A stretch of DNA of 64,000 bases from a virus: positions 25,368 to 89,367 of IMG/VR virus record IMGVR_UViG_3300018417_000005; one strand, written 5' to 3'. The notes under the pieces were generated by a model, which worked only from the letters and a program-made list of their open reading frames with translations, searched no databases and was not told where the DNA came from. The position numbers were made by a program, and so were the translations under genes. Below are positions 55,620-64,000 of the stretch, one piece after another. Positions within the stretch are counted from its first letter, which is position 1; each line of letters begins with the position of its first letter.

Positions 55620-56291
55620 ATGAAAATTAATGATATTTTAAACGAAACTGGCGTCGGCGGCATAGCAGGTGTAGCAATGCCAATGGGCAAAATGAATCGT
55701 CGCATTCCGGGCATGGGCACAACAAAGAAGAAAAAGAAAACTAACGAAGACGTAAAATGCAAGGCCTGTGGAGATACTGGTACTGTACACTGGGACCATC
55801 AAGATGAGTTCACTGGCGATCACGTGCCTGCGTCAGCACCTTGTCCAGAGTGTGAGTTAGGAAAGAAGAAGAAAACTAACGAAGGTGAAGGAAGCCAGGT
55901 GTTCAATCCTCGTGAAAAAGGAGCAGGCACTAAGGCAACAATGCCCGGCGGCAGAATCTATATAGGTAAGGGCGAAATCGTTAAGCATAAAGATTATGGA
56001 TGGATAGCAAGGCTATGGCAAACAGAAGATTGGCGAGGTTTCGATTCGCAGGATGATGCAAAAGATTACTTATTGAGTGTATATAAAAAGAATAACGATT
56101 ATAGTAACGGCGACGATGATTACGGGCCGACTGGCCGCTCCCGCATGGCCGCAAAAGATTATGCTGATTTAGATGCTCGGCATCGAACATCCACTGGTAA
56201 ATTGAAATTCGATGACGAAGTCGAATGCAAAAAGTGCAAAGGCAAAGGCTGTGACCATTGTGACGGCCAAGGCTATCACACAGTAAAATAA
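55620..56291 (+). CDS. Modular protein with CxxCxGxG Zn-finger modules
   Basis: MKINDILNE leader; CKACGDTG...CPEC; CKKCKGKGCDHCDGQG. Confidence 0.55.
   Translation: MKINDILNETGVGGIAGVAMPMGKMNRRIPGMGTTKKKKKTNEDVKCKACGDTGTVHWDHQDEFTGDHVPASAPCPECELGKKKKTNEGEGSQVFNPREKGAGTKATMPGGRIYIGKGEIVKHKDYGWIARLWQTEDWRGFDSQDDAKDYLLSVYKKNNDYSNGDDDYGPTGRSRMAAKDYADLDARHRTSTGKLKFDDEVECKKCKGKGCDHCDGQGYHTVK
55734..55884 (+). repeat. 16-bp direct repeat AAGAAAACTAACGAAG at 55734 and 55869
   Basis: Seen directly; 135 nt apart, in frame, flanking a Zn module. Confidence 0.8.
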
Positions 56292-56302
56292 AGGAGAAAC
56301 AC

Positions 56303-56548
56303 ATGAACACAGAAAAAAGAATTAGATATTTACAAAGACAGTTAGAGTCAGTAGCAGACCCGGATGCAAAAGCTAAATTAGAAAAAATTCTAGTTGGCTT
56401 AGTACCAGAGCCGACTAGGACACACGCTCCAGACGGCAAGTTTAAAGCAGACGATCCGTCGACTAAAGATATAAACGAAGCATGGAAAAGTGGCGTATCC
56501 AGCAAAAAGAGAAGGAAGACCAGTGAGAGCAGTAAAAGGAAAAAATAA
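56303..56548 (+). CDS. Small hypothetical protein
   Basis: AAGGAG SD; GKFKADDPSTKDINEAW motif. Confidence 0.6.
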   Translation: MNTEKRIRYLQRQLESVADPDAKAKLEKILVGLVPEPTRTHAPDGKFKADDPSTKDINEAWKSGVSSKKRRKTSESSKRKK

Positions 56549-56744
56549 CGTTTTAGGGTTAATTAATAACTTTGAAACTAGACTGTACGAATTAATCCAA
56601 GACTCGGGCTGGATAGGTGTCCAAGATCTTCAGGAACGAGAACTCTACATGGCTGAGGACTTGCATGTACGTAACGTATTAAAGAAAGTGCAGAAAGGTA
56701 GCCAGGTAGGATTTTCCACATATAACCAGAAGCAACATGTGTAA
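56523..56744 (+). CDS. Small hypothetical protein
   Basis: GTG start with AAGGAAG upstream; LQERELYMAEDL..RNVL. Confidence 0.5.
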   Translation: MRAVKGKNNVLGLINNFETRLYELIQDSGWIGVQDLQERELYMAEDLHVRNVLKKVQKGSQVGFSTYNQKQHV

Positions 56745-56758
56745 AACTAAATAACAGT

Positions 56759-57145
56759 ATGAACAAGAGAGCATTAGCCAAAAAGTTAGATAATCTCGCT
56801 AGTAATGTAGCAAAGCGCGGCGTATACGTGGTTACAAAAAAGGATGATTATTACGAAGTACAAAATTATATGACCAAGCAGGTATTAGTAACAGAGATAC
56901 CAGTGCGAGTCTTAGCGGAACGTATATGTAACTTATACAACAAGGGCAAAAAACAGCCGATGTCACAAAAGCTACAGATGAAATCGTTATCTACTGCGTA
57001 TTTTAAACTAAAAACTGACTTAATTGTGTTCAAGCACACAATGAAAACAACAAAAGACATGGACAAATACGACGTTGCTGAGTTTAGAGCCAGCGAAGTG
57101 GCAAGTAGGCTAAATCATGTAACACAACAACTGGAACATCTGTAG
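56759..57145 (+). CDS. Hypothetical protein
   Basis: 128 aa; CTAAATA 5 nt before ATG. Confidence 0.6.
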   Translation: MNKRALAKKLDNLASNVAKRGVYVVTKKDDYYEVQNYMTKQVLVTEIPVRVLAERICNLYNKGKKQPMSQKLQMKSLSTAYFKLKTDLIVFKHTMKTTKDMDKYDVAEFRASEVASRLNHVTQQLEHL

Positions 57146-57162
57146 GAAAAACTTTACAGAAA

Positions 57163-57171
57163 TGATAAATA
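57163..57171 (+). promoter_or_regulatory. Late promoter TGATAAATA
   Basis: Upstream of 57207. Confidence 0.75.
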
Positions 57172-57206
57172 ACAGTAATAGCTAAATACCAACAGGAAGA
57201 ACAAAC

Positions 57207-58367
57207 ATGTATTTAAACGATTTTAACCAAACTAGTAAACAAAAGATTACTAAAATTAACAAACTCCTAAAAGAAGAGTTTGCTATATCTTTGAGTAAGA
57301 AATTACCGTCAAAAAAGAAACTCGAAAAAGTTTTAGAGAACACGCTAAACACTCTTACTTCAATAAGAGTTAACAGTAATCAGTACCATACTAATCCAGA
57401 GTATTCTAAATATATCGGGCTTAAAGACGCATTAAACATAATGCTGAACGAAGGCGTATATGCAGAAAGCCCGCAGTATAACAGAATGAAAACTATGATT
57501 AGCGACAGCATTTCGCAGTTAATGGATAGCGGATACACAATGGATGAAGCCGCTGCCGAATGCATGAACCGTTATAGAATGGATAATCGCTTTGCTTATG
57601 ACGACGAACATGTTCTTCCTATCGTCTTAACAGCGGCAAAAGATTACATGGAAAACTGTGGCATGAATGCTGAAGGCCTAGGCGATGGCATAGACGAAAC
57701 AGTAACTGATTTAACTGATGCACTACTTGGCGAAATGGCCAGAGAGTGCGGTGTTGAGTTAGCGCAACAAGGTAGCATTGATGCTATAGAAGAAAAATTA
57801 CAATCGTTTGCAGAAGTAAGCGGAAAAAGCCGAGACTCAGTTGTCGGATTCCTAAATAACTTGGAAGAAGCTGATCTTGTTAACGGCATACAAATGTTTG
57901 GCAAAAAAATAGGAGCGGTAAACAGAATGCGAGCAACAGAAATTACAGAGAATGTGGACGTTACCGCGGCAGAGCTTGTTATGGCTGTTCGCGCTCTAGC
58001 AGACGATATTCAAGATCAAATAGAAAGAGTAGGCAGAATGATGAACGAAGACGTTCCTGCTATAGCTGACCAAATGAGAACAGAGCAAGGCGCACAAGCG
58101 GCACAAGCGTTCTCGGACAGTGTACATAGTACACTAAATGCTTATATAGAAGCCGGCAAGGCTGCAAAAGCAGGCATGGATCAAGCTACTGCTACAGTAT
58201 CCGGTGAAGCACCAGCAATGGACGACATGGGACTAGGCGACACAGGCGAACTTGACGGATTAGGCGGAGCAGAAGATGATTTAGGCCTAGACGACGTAGA
58301 TGTTAACGAGCCAGCAATGGCTGGACCAGAAGATGAGCCATTAGGTAGAGCACCTGTAGAAATATAA
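57207..58367 (+). CDS. Helical acidic protein, probable prohead core/scaffold-like
   Basis: Late promoter; helical; acidic Gly-rich tail ending EPLGR; several L/I-x-E sites. Confidence 0.5.
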   Translation: MYLNDFNQTSKQKITKINKLLKEEFAISLSKKLPSKKKLEKVLENTLNTLTSIRVNSNQYHTNPEYSKYIGLKDALNIMLNEGVYAESPQYNRMKTMISDSISQLMDSGYTMDEAAAECMNRYRMDNRFAYDDEHVLPIVLTAAKDYMENCGMNAEGLGDGIDETVTDLTDALLGEMARECGVELAQQGSIDAIEEKLQSFAEVSGKSRDSVVGFLNNLEEADLVNGIQMFGKKIGAVNRMRATEITENVDVTAAELVMAVRALADDIQDQIERVGRMMNEDVPAIADQMRTEQGAQAAQAFSDSVHSTLNAYIEAGKAAKAGMDQATATVSGEAPAMDDMGLGDTGELDGLGGAEDDLGLDDVDVNEPAMAGPEDEPLGRAPVEI

Positions 58368-58696
58368 TGTTGATACGCGACGTGATCCTTTCGGAAGGTT
58401 ATTTTAACGAGCTTATGGTAGTCGTTCAAGATTTACTTATACGTATGGCTTCGTCGCAAGTGCCTGAAATATCCACAGAAAAGTTTCAAGCAACATTAGC
58501 TAAACAGGGTTATGTTACCACAATTGATGAACTAATACAAGCAGTTGATCAAAGCGGATATGCTAGCAGTGTAGACAGAGAAAAGATTGTTCCCGCTAGC
58601 GAACTACCAGCAGATTTAGACAAAAAGACTGACCCTGCGTCTTTAGAGAAGATGGCAGGTAATCAAGCAATGAGTGATATTAAGTCGGAGTTATAA
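58367..58696 (+). CDS. Hypothetical protein
   Basis: MLIRDVILSEG leader; coupled start. Confidence 0.55.
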   Translation: MLIRDVILSEGYFNELMVVVQDLLIRMASSQVPEISTEKFQATLAKQGYVTTIDELIQAVDQSGYASSVDREKIVPASELPADLDKKTDPASLEKMAGNQAMSDIKSEL

Positions 58697-59013
58697 TGCC
58701 TGGTATTTTTATTAACGCAACAACAGCAAGAACTGATACAAGAAATAATACAGTTATTCACGGCGAAGTTACTGCTATCGAAAATGCTGTGTACGCTAAT
58801 ATTGATGCTGGTGTACTATATGCGAACGTTAATAATACTGTTATGACTAACAGTAATGTTTACTACAATGTTTGGAACAGTATCTCTACTGACGCAACCA
58901 CACTTGACCAACTCAACTACGTAAAAGATTACTTCACTAACCTGGGCTACGGTGTTAACATCGTAACTGATCCAGGATCAAACACAACCCTACAATGGAA
59001 TATAAGCTGGTAA
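58696..59013 (+). CDS. Hypothetical (probable structural) protein
   Basis: 105 aa; GGAG SD; YF..LGY.V....W.ISW. Confidence 0.55.
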   Translation: MPGIFINATTARTDTRNNTVIHGEVTAIENAVYANIDAGVLYANVNNTVMTNSNVYYNVWNSISTDATTLDQLNYVKDYFTNLGYGVNIVTDPGSNTTLQWNISW

Positions 59014-59020
59014 ATCTAGC

Positions 59021-59048
59021 TTGACATATCCTGTCTAGGTGCTATACT
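59021..59048 (+). promoter_or_regulatory. Sigma70-type promoter
   Basis: TTGACA-16 nt-TATACT, 6 nt before ATG 59055. Confidence 0.75.
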
Positions 59049-59054
59049 ACTTAG

Positions 59055-59744
59055 ATGATAACAAATAAATTTGAATACCCATCCCTAAGACGAATCCACG
59101 AAAACGGAACAAGACGTTATACTAACGAAAGTAAAACAGCTCGTCCTGTTCCCAGCGTTACAACAATTCTCGACGCAACCAAATCCGAAGAAAGCAGACA
59201 AGCATTAGCAAACTGGCGCAAGCGCGTAGGTACAGCTAAGGCCCAAGCTATTACTACAGAAGCCGCAGGACGCGGAACACGATTACACAAATGGTTAGAA
59301 GACTACATTCTAACTGGCGACGCCGGCACACCCGGCACAAATCCTTATAGCATACAAAGCCACGGCATGGCCCAAATTATTATTGATAAGGGTCTTAGCC
59401 GAGCAGACGAATACTGGGGCACAGAAGTTGGCCTTATGTACCCCGATGTGTACGCAGGAACAACAGACTGTGTCGGCATGTTCGAAGGCGAGCCAGCAAT
59501 TATCGACTTTAAGCAAACTAATAAGCCTAAGAAGCGAGAATGGATTGACGATTATTTTGCTCAATTAACAGCTTATGCCGCGGCTCATAACGTTACATAC
59601 GGCACAGATATCAAAAAAGGCGTTATTTTAATGTGTAGCAAAGACAACGAGTACCAAGAATTTATTATTGAAGGCGACGAATACGAAGAATACGAACATG
59701 CCTGGGCTACTAGAGTAGAAGAATATTATTCCAAGTTCCTATAA
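59055..59744 (+). CDS. PD-(D/E)xK exonuclease
   Basis: VPSVTTIL, RGTRLH, YAGTTDCVG, IIDFKQ, QLTAYA motifs. Confidence 0.85.
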   Translation: MITNKFEYPSLRRIHENGTRRYTNESKTARPVPSVTTILDATKSEESRQALANWRKRVGTAKAQAITTEAAGRGTRLHKWLEDYILTGDAGTPGTNPYSIQSHGMAQIIIDKGLSRADEYWGTEVGLMYPDVYAGTTDCVGMFEGEPAIIDFKQTNKPKKREWIDDYFAQLTAYAAAHNVTYGTDIKKGVILMCSKDNEYQEFIIEGDEYEEYEHAWATRVEEYYSKFL

Positions 59745-59745
59745 A

Positions 59746-59754
59746 TGATAAATA
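59746..59754 (+). promoter_or_regulatory. Late promoter TGATAAATA
   Basis: Upstream of 59782. Confidence 0.7.
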
Positions 59755-59781
59755 CTGTTAAGCATTTGGAGATTCTTAACA

Positions 59782-62253
59782 GTGACAGAAACAACAAAAA
59801 TAGTAAGGATGCAACAGCGTCGAGGTCTAAAGCAAGACCTACCAAAACCATTGCGTCCAGGCGAAATAGGGTTTGCTACAGATAGCAGACAGCTATATAT
59901 CGGTGCAGACACCGAAAGTGAACTAGCACAACAGTATAATAAAACTGGTGTGTTCGAGCAAACATCAAGTGCGCAAAGCACAACTTTTGGTTTGGCTAAC
60001 GTACAGATGATTAAATTCACTGTACCGCACAAAATTTACGACAAAGGAGAGTTCGACGGAGTTACTACAACTACTGTCTGGACACCGGACGACTTAGTTG
60101 CGAGTTCAGCCACTGCAACAGAATACGCTAGATTAGGTGACGTATTTAGAACAGGTGACTTATATTTTAGAAATATAATAGACGGGAATCTATTTTCGCC
60201 AGAACAGATTACTGTTATAAAAAACGGCACAGAACTTGTCGCATCGAATGTTGCAACTATTTCAAGCAGTCAAGATTTTTTCTTTGCCCAAGGTGGCGAT
60301 ATATCATCTAGTACCCATACATTAACTTTAAGAACACCTCCGAGTGGAGCAGAAGAAATTGCAATTTCGTATTATGGCAATACTGAAGTTAATCATGCTC
60401 TATCAAACACTACTGTTGGGATAACCGGTGTAGCAGGATTTAACGCATACGCAGGCCTAACAAATAATACTTTCCGACAAATAGATCCAGATAACGTAAG
60501 AGTAGCATCAGGCACAGGTGTCGGCTATATCGGAATGCAGTTCAAGCATATCCAGGTAGCAACTGATGTTAAAACTGCCCCGGTAGCATTTGACAATTCG
60601 GTTGCTCTTACTTTAGGCAACTTATTATTAACAAGAATCGACGAGAAGGTCACTGACGCAGTAGCAACCGCAAACGCAACAACAGTCTCTATAGTTGGAG
60701 CAATCGCGGCAGACACATATAATATATCAGGCGCCTATAATCACGTTTACATCGACGATGCAGTAACAGGCGATTGGCTAGACGGACAAGTATTAGAAGT
60801 TACAAGTTATGATTCGGCTAATACAACTATTGTTACCGCACTTCCTGCTATATCTACAAGTTTAGTTAAATCTGTAACCAGTTATTCCATTGATGGTTCG
60901 AATCTAAATGTAGTAGTAAGTAGCACAGATGATATCGAAATAGGTGATGATTTATACTTTATCGAATCTCCAGACGATTCAAATCTAAATAGTAAATCAG
61001 GCACAGTGTCCGCAGTGGATACAGGAGTATCACAAACTATAACAGTTTCTGCACTAGGCACTGATGCTAATGCTAACGTAGATACTGCTAACTTGTCTTT
61101 TGTAACATATAAAGGAGGGTCAAGTACTGAAGTAGTTCTTACTGCTCTTAATCACGGGTTATCCGACGGAGCCAACGCAATTACTACAACTAATGCTACG
61201 GTATCTTCCGGCACAGTAAATGCAACAACTACTGGCAATGTGAACACATTTATTTTAACCACAGTTGGCGCAATAACAGGCGAAGACCTTGCACTTACAT
61301 TTACACCAGTTGTATCATCCGGCAACGTAAGCATAACAAGAACTTTCGCCGCAGATTTAACAAGTGCTAACACTGCTGAAGCGGCTATTAGCGCAGTTAG
61401 TTCATACGACGAATGGCCAAAACTAAGTACAATACCCGGCTCCACAGAATCCGCATACAAAGTTTATGTCACCCACGGCGAAGCAAATGCAAAAACACCC
61501 TTTGACTTTATGATGCATAATGACAGGATAGACACACTAACTACACTAGGCTTAGAAGCAAACACGTATAGCAGATCAGATTCTACAGTTAAAGCAGATT
61601 TAGAAAACTGGATTAATACATTAGTTTCTAGTACAGCCGTGAATCTATTTAAGGAAGTATACGTAAATACTGAATTCAATTCAACCGGACATTTTACTAC
61701 ATGGGATTTAAAAGTTAACTCAGAAGTTAAGGAGATGGATTTTGAATCGAGAGAAGAAGCTAGAGATTTTTCTGCCATACTTAACAATTTATATTTTGAA
61801 GCAGTTAACCCCGATATTAAAGGTTTATTAAATATCAAATCTAACATAGAATTCCTAACCTTAGAAGGACTTGGTGCCGCGACTACCGTTACAAGCTACG
61901 ATGCTCCGGAAGCTGTAACACTGACAGCAGGACTAAATGTTATACCTGAATTGAGCATTTCAGACTTAACGCTTTATGATACTTATATTATAGATTACTC
62001 CTTAGCAGATACATTATCGTCTAACGCAAACGTATACCGACGTATAGGCACAGTGTCGTTTACAGCCTCTGCCGAAGCCGAGCAAGTTACACTAATGGAC
62101 ACATACACAGACTTGCAGGCAAATGTTACAGGTAACGTAGAATTTACAGCGAATGTTTCCGGAACAGCACTGACATTTAGCGCGAACACAACTATATCTC
62201 CAACTACAGATATAGCTATGAAATATACAGTGAGACGCTGGTTAGCTGAATAA
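59782..62253 (+). CDS. Tail/baseplate fibre-like structural protein
   Basis: N-terminal QQRRG....LP.PL.PGEIGFATDSRQLYIG (Mtd/fibre N-terminal-type motif); Thr/Ser-rich. Confidence 0.6.
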   Translation: MTETTKIVRMQQRRGLKQDLPKPLRPGEIGFATDSRQLYIGADTESELAQQYNKTGVFEQTSSAQSTTFGLANVQMIKFTVPHKIYDKGEFDGVTTTTVWTPDDLVASSATATEYARLGDVFRTGDLYFRNIIDGNLFSPEQITVIKNGTELVASNVATISSSQDFFFAQGGDISSSTHTLTLRTPPSGAEEIAISYYGNTEVNHALSNTTVGITGVAGFNAYAGLTNNTFRQIDPDNVRVASGTGVGYIGMQFKHIQVATDVKTAPVAFDNSVALTLGNLLLTRIDEKVTDAVATANATTVSIVGAIAADTYNISGAYNHVYIDDAVTGDWLDGQVLEVTSYDSANTTIVTALPAISTSLVKSVTSYSIDGSNLNVVVSSTDDIEIGDDLYFIESPDDSNLNSKSGTVSAVDTGVSQTITVSALGTDANANVDTANLSFVTYKGGSSTEVVLTALNHGLSDGANAITTTNATVSSGTVNATTTGNVNTFILTTVGAITGEDLALTFTPVVSSGNVSITRTFAADLTSANTAEAAISAVSSYDEWPKLSTIPGSTESAYKVYVTHGEANAKTPFDFMMHNDRIDTLTTLGLEANTYSRSDSTVKADLENWINTLVSSTAVNLFKEVYVNTEFNSTGHFTTWDLKVNSEVKEMDFESREEARDFSAILNNLYFEAVNPDIKGLLNIKSNIEFLTLEGLGAATTVTSYDAPEAVTLTAGLNVIPELSISDLTLYDTYIIDYSLADTLSSNANVYRRIGTVSFTASAEAEQVTLMDTYTDLQANVTGNVEFTANVSGTALTFSANTTISPTTDIAMKYTVRRWLAE

Positions 62254-62254
62254 T

Positions 62255-62686
62255 ATGTTTTTACCGACCCAAAGTTCCGACGATAGATTATCTATGTGGC
62301 GGGCAATTAGACAACGGGAGCATGAAAGCATAGATGACCTTCTTGCAGAATTCAAAGATCTTGCGCCAGAACAGCGTTACATTGATTTTTACACTCCATC
62401 TAGTTGGCCAAGTGTTTTTGAAATTGTTAGCGAAGGCATGTTCTGCCAAAGTGGCATTACTTTAGTAATAGCCGCAACATTAGCCGAGGCAGGTTTCATA
62501 TCTACCGGCAACTTGCGCTTTCCGGTGATAAGTAATCATATAAACGGAAATACCGGATTGGTACTCGAACACCAAAATAAAGTATTCAACTTTACACCGG
62601 GCAAGATTATAACCTTAGAAGAAATGAAAGAAAATGGTACGGTTTACGACACGCATGTTGTACCGTATAGCAATATTTTACGTTGA
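62255..62686 (+). CDS. Hypothetical protein
   Basis: 143 aa; RLSMWR..R, P.SWPSVFEI motif. Confidence 0.6.
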   Translation: MFLPTQSSDDRLSMWRAIRQREHESIDDLLAEFKDLAPEQRYIDFYTPSSWPSVFEIVSEGMFCQSGITLVIAATLAEAGFISTGNLRFPVISNHINGNTGLVLEHQNKVFNFTPGKIITLEEMKENGTVYDTHVVPYSNILR

Positions 62687-62711
62687 CATTTATACTGTTT
62701 TATTATATAAT
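62683..62711 (+). promoter_or_regulatory. Sigma70-type promoter
   Basis: TTGACA-17 nt-TATAAT upstream of nrdA. Confidence 0.75.
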
Positions 62712-62767
62712 AGCAGTCTGCTAAATATTTTTACAGTTTATTAATAATAACAATAATAAGGACACAC

Positions 62768-64000
62768 ATGCAAGTAAGAAAGAGATCCGGTGTTTTAGAA
62801 GACATCGACATAGACAAATTACACAAAGTAGTACAGTATGCTTGCGAGGGCATAACAGGAGTAAGCCCAAGCGAAGTTGAAATCCACAGCCAAATTCAAA
62901 TGTATAACGGTATCAACTCAATTGATATCCAAGAAACATTAATCAAATCCGCGGCCGATTTAATCACAGAAGAAACACCCAACTACCAATTCGTAGCCGG
63001 GCGCCTAATCAATTATCATCTACGTAAAGGTGTATACGGACAGTTTACTCCTCCACATTTAAACAATATTATACACGATAATGTTAATCGCGGGTTTTAT
63101 GATAGTGGTGTTTTAGCAAAGTATTCTGTTGAAGAAGTTAATATGTTAAATGACTATATTGACCACGAACGCGACGAAGTGCTAACTTATGCCGCAATGG
63201 AGCAGTTTAGAGGAAAGTACCTAGTACAGAATAGATCAACAAAAGAAATATTTGAAACACCTCAAGTGGCATATATGCTTATTGCTATGACATTGTTTAG
63301 TGATTATGTACCTAACGAAGTAAGACTAAAATACGTTAAAGATTATTATGATGCAATTAGTACCTTCGAAATAAGTTTGCCTACTCCGGTTATGGCAGGT
63401 GTACGCACACCACAAAGACAATTTAGTAGTTGTGTTCTCATTGAAATAGATGACGATTTAGATAGCATTAACGCAGGCGCGGCATCTATTGTTAAATACG
63501 TAAGTCAAAAAGCAGGCATTGGTATTGGAGCAGGGCGTATCCGCGCAATTGATTCACCTATACGTAGCGGGGATGCAACACATACTGGCGTTATACCGTT
63601 CTATAAGCATTTCCAAAGTGCAGTTAAAAGCTGTTCGCAAGGTGGTGTACGTGGCGGTGCGGCAACACTTTACTATCCTATATGGCATTTAGAAGTCGAA
63701 GACATGCTAGTGCTTAAAAACAACAAAGGCACAGAAGATAATCGCGTAAGGCACATGGACTATGGTGTGCAGTTTAACAAACTTATGTGGGAAAGACTAT
63801 TAAAAGGCGAACATATTACATTATTCTCACCCCATGATGTTCCGGAAATGTACGAAGCATTCTTTAACGACCAAGACAAATTCAAAGAGCTGTACGAAAC
63901 AGCTGAACGTAACACACGACTACGTAAAAAAGTATTAAAAGCATCTGACCTATTAAACGTATTTGAAACAGAACGAAAAGACACAGGTCGCATCTATTTA
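62768..64000 (+). CDS. nrdA: Class Ia ribonucleotide reductase alpha subunit (3' truncated by window edge)
   Basis: Translated by hand: ATP-cone MQVRKRSG..., ETPQ, SLPTPVMAG.RT..RQFSSCVL, SCSQGGVRGG; AAGGA SD; absent from the ORF track because it has no stop in the window. Confidence 0.95.
   Translation, partial: MQVRKRSGVLEDIDIDKLHKVVQYACEGITGVSPSEVEIHSQIQMYNGINSIDIQETLIKSAADLITEETPNYQFVAGRLINYHLRKGVYGQFTPPHLNNIIHDNVNRGFYDSGVLAKYSVEEVNMLNDYIDHERDEVLTYAAMEQFRGKYLVQNRSTKEIFETPQVAYMLIAMTLFSDYVPNEVRLKYVKDYYDAISTFEISLPTPVMAGVRTPQRQFSSCVLIEIDDDLDSINAGAASIVKYVSQKAGIGIGAGRIRAIDSPIRSGDATHTGVIPFYKHFQSAVKSCSQGGVRGGAATLYYPIWHLEVEDMLVLKNNKGTEDNRVRHMDYGVQFNKLMWERLLKGEHITLFSPHDVPEMYEAFFNDQDKFKELYETAERNTRLRKKVLKASDLLNVFETERKDTGRIYL

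Noticed and set aside
59055-59744. Cas4 or CRISPR-associated nuclease
   Set aside because: Lacks the four-Cys Fe-S motif and has no cas or array context; an ordinary phage PD-(D/E)xK exonuclease
59782-62253. Diversity-generating retroelement target, suggested by the Mtd-like N-terminus
   Set aside because: No reverse transcriptase and no TR/VR repeat pair in the window
1-64000. Alternative genetic code (stop-codon recoding), as in some large phages
   Set aside because: Conserved genes (gp17, gp18, uvsX, gp41, thyX) are full-length in code 11, and TAA, TAG and TGA all end genes
1-64000. tRNA genes or CRISPR array
   Set aside because: Intergenic gaps are short; no cloverleaf/T-loop pattern or repeat-spacer series was seen by eye (tRNAscan not run)

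Overview
A 64 kb stretch of a large lytic T4-related myovirus genome (standard genetic code, dense coding, mostly + strand), probably infecting a proteobacterium. Order of content: tail-fibre-like structural genes interrupted by two sulfotransferase-like genes and a SPOUT-like gene; an inverted block (Nudix, gp15, M15 endolysin, gp14); gp13; a free-standing GIY-YIG endonuclease; dNMP kinase; tail sheath and tube; gp4; terminase; a replication/recombination cluster (gp32, UvsX, UvsY, UvsW, APS kinase, ThyX, a 189-aa DnaE-like fragment, primase, helicase); an approximately 15 kb island of late genes; an exonuclease; a fibre-like protein; and the 5' part of nrdA. Two promoter classes are visible: a T4-like late element (T)GATAAATA, and TTGACA-N16-TATAAT sigma70-type promoters. 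The best candidate for a new system is the late island (43.6-58.7 kb). Nearly every protein there starts with a leader resembling the T4 capsid-targeting sequence, and several are polyproteins with I/L/V-x-E junctions. They carry an Acb1-like 2H phosphodiesterase, a Pol-beta-type nucleotidyltransferase next to a ligase-like protein, an amidoligase, and ParB-like and nuclease-like modules, suggesting a head-packaged, injected counter-defence cargo. Other notable signals: systematic leaderless mRNAs, two ATT start codons, a structured RNA leader on the homing endonuclease, and a possible sulfation pathway. All calls come from motif recognition by eye; no searches were run.
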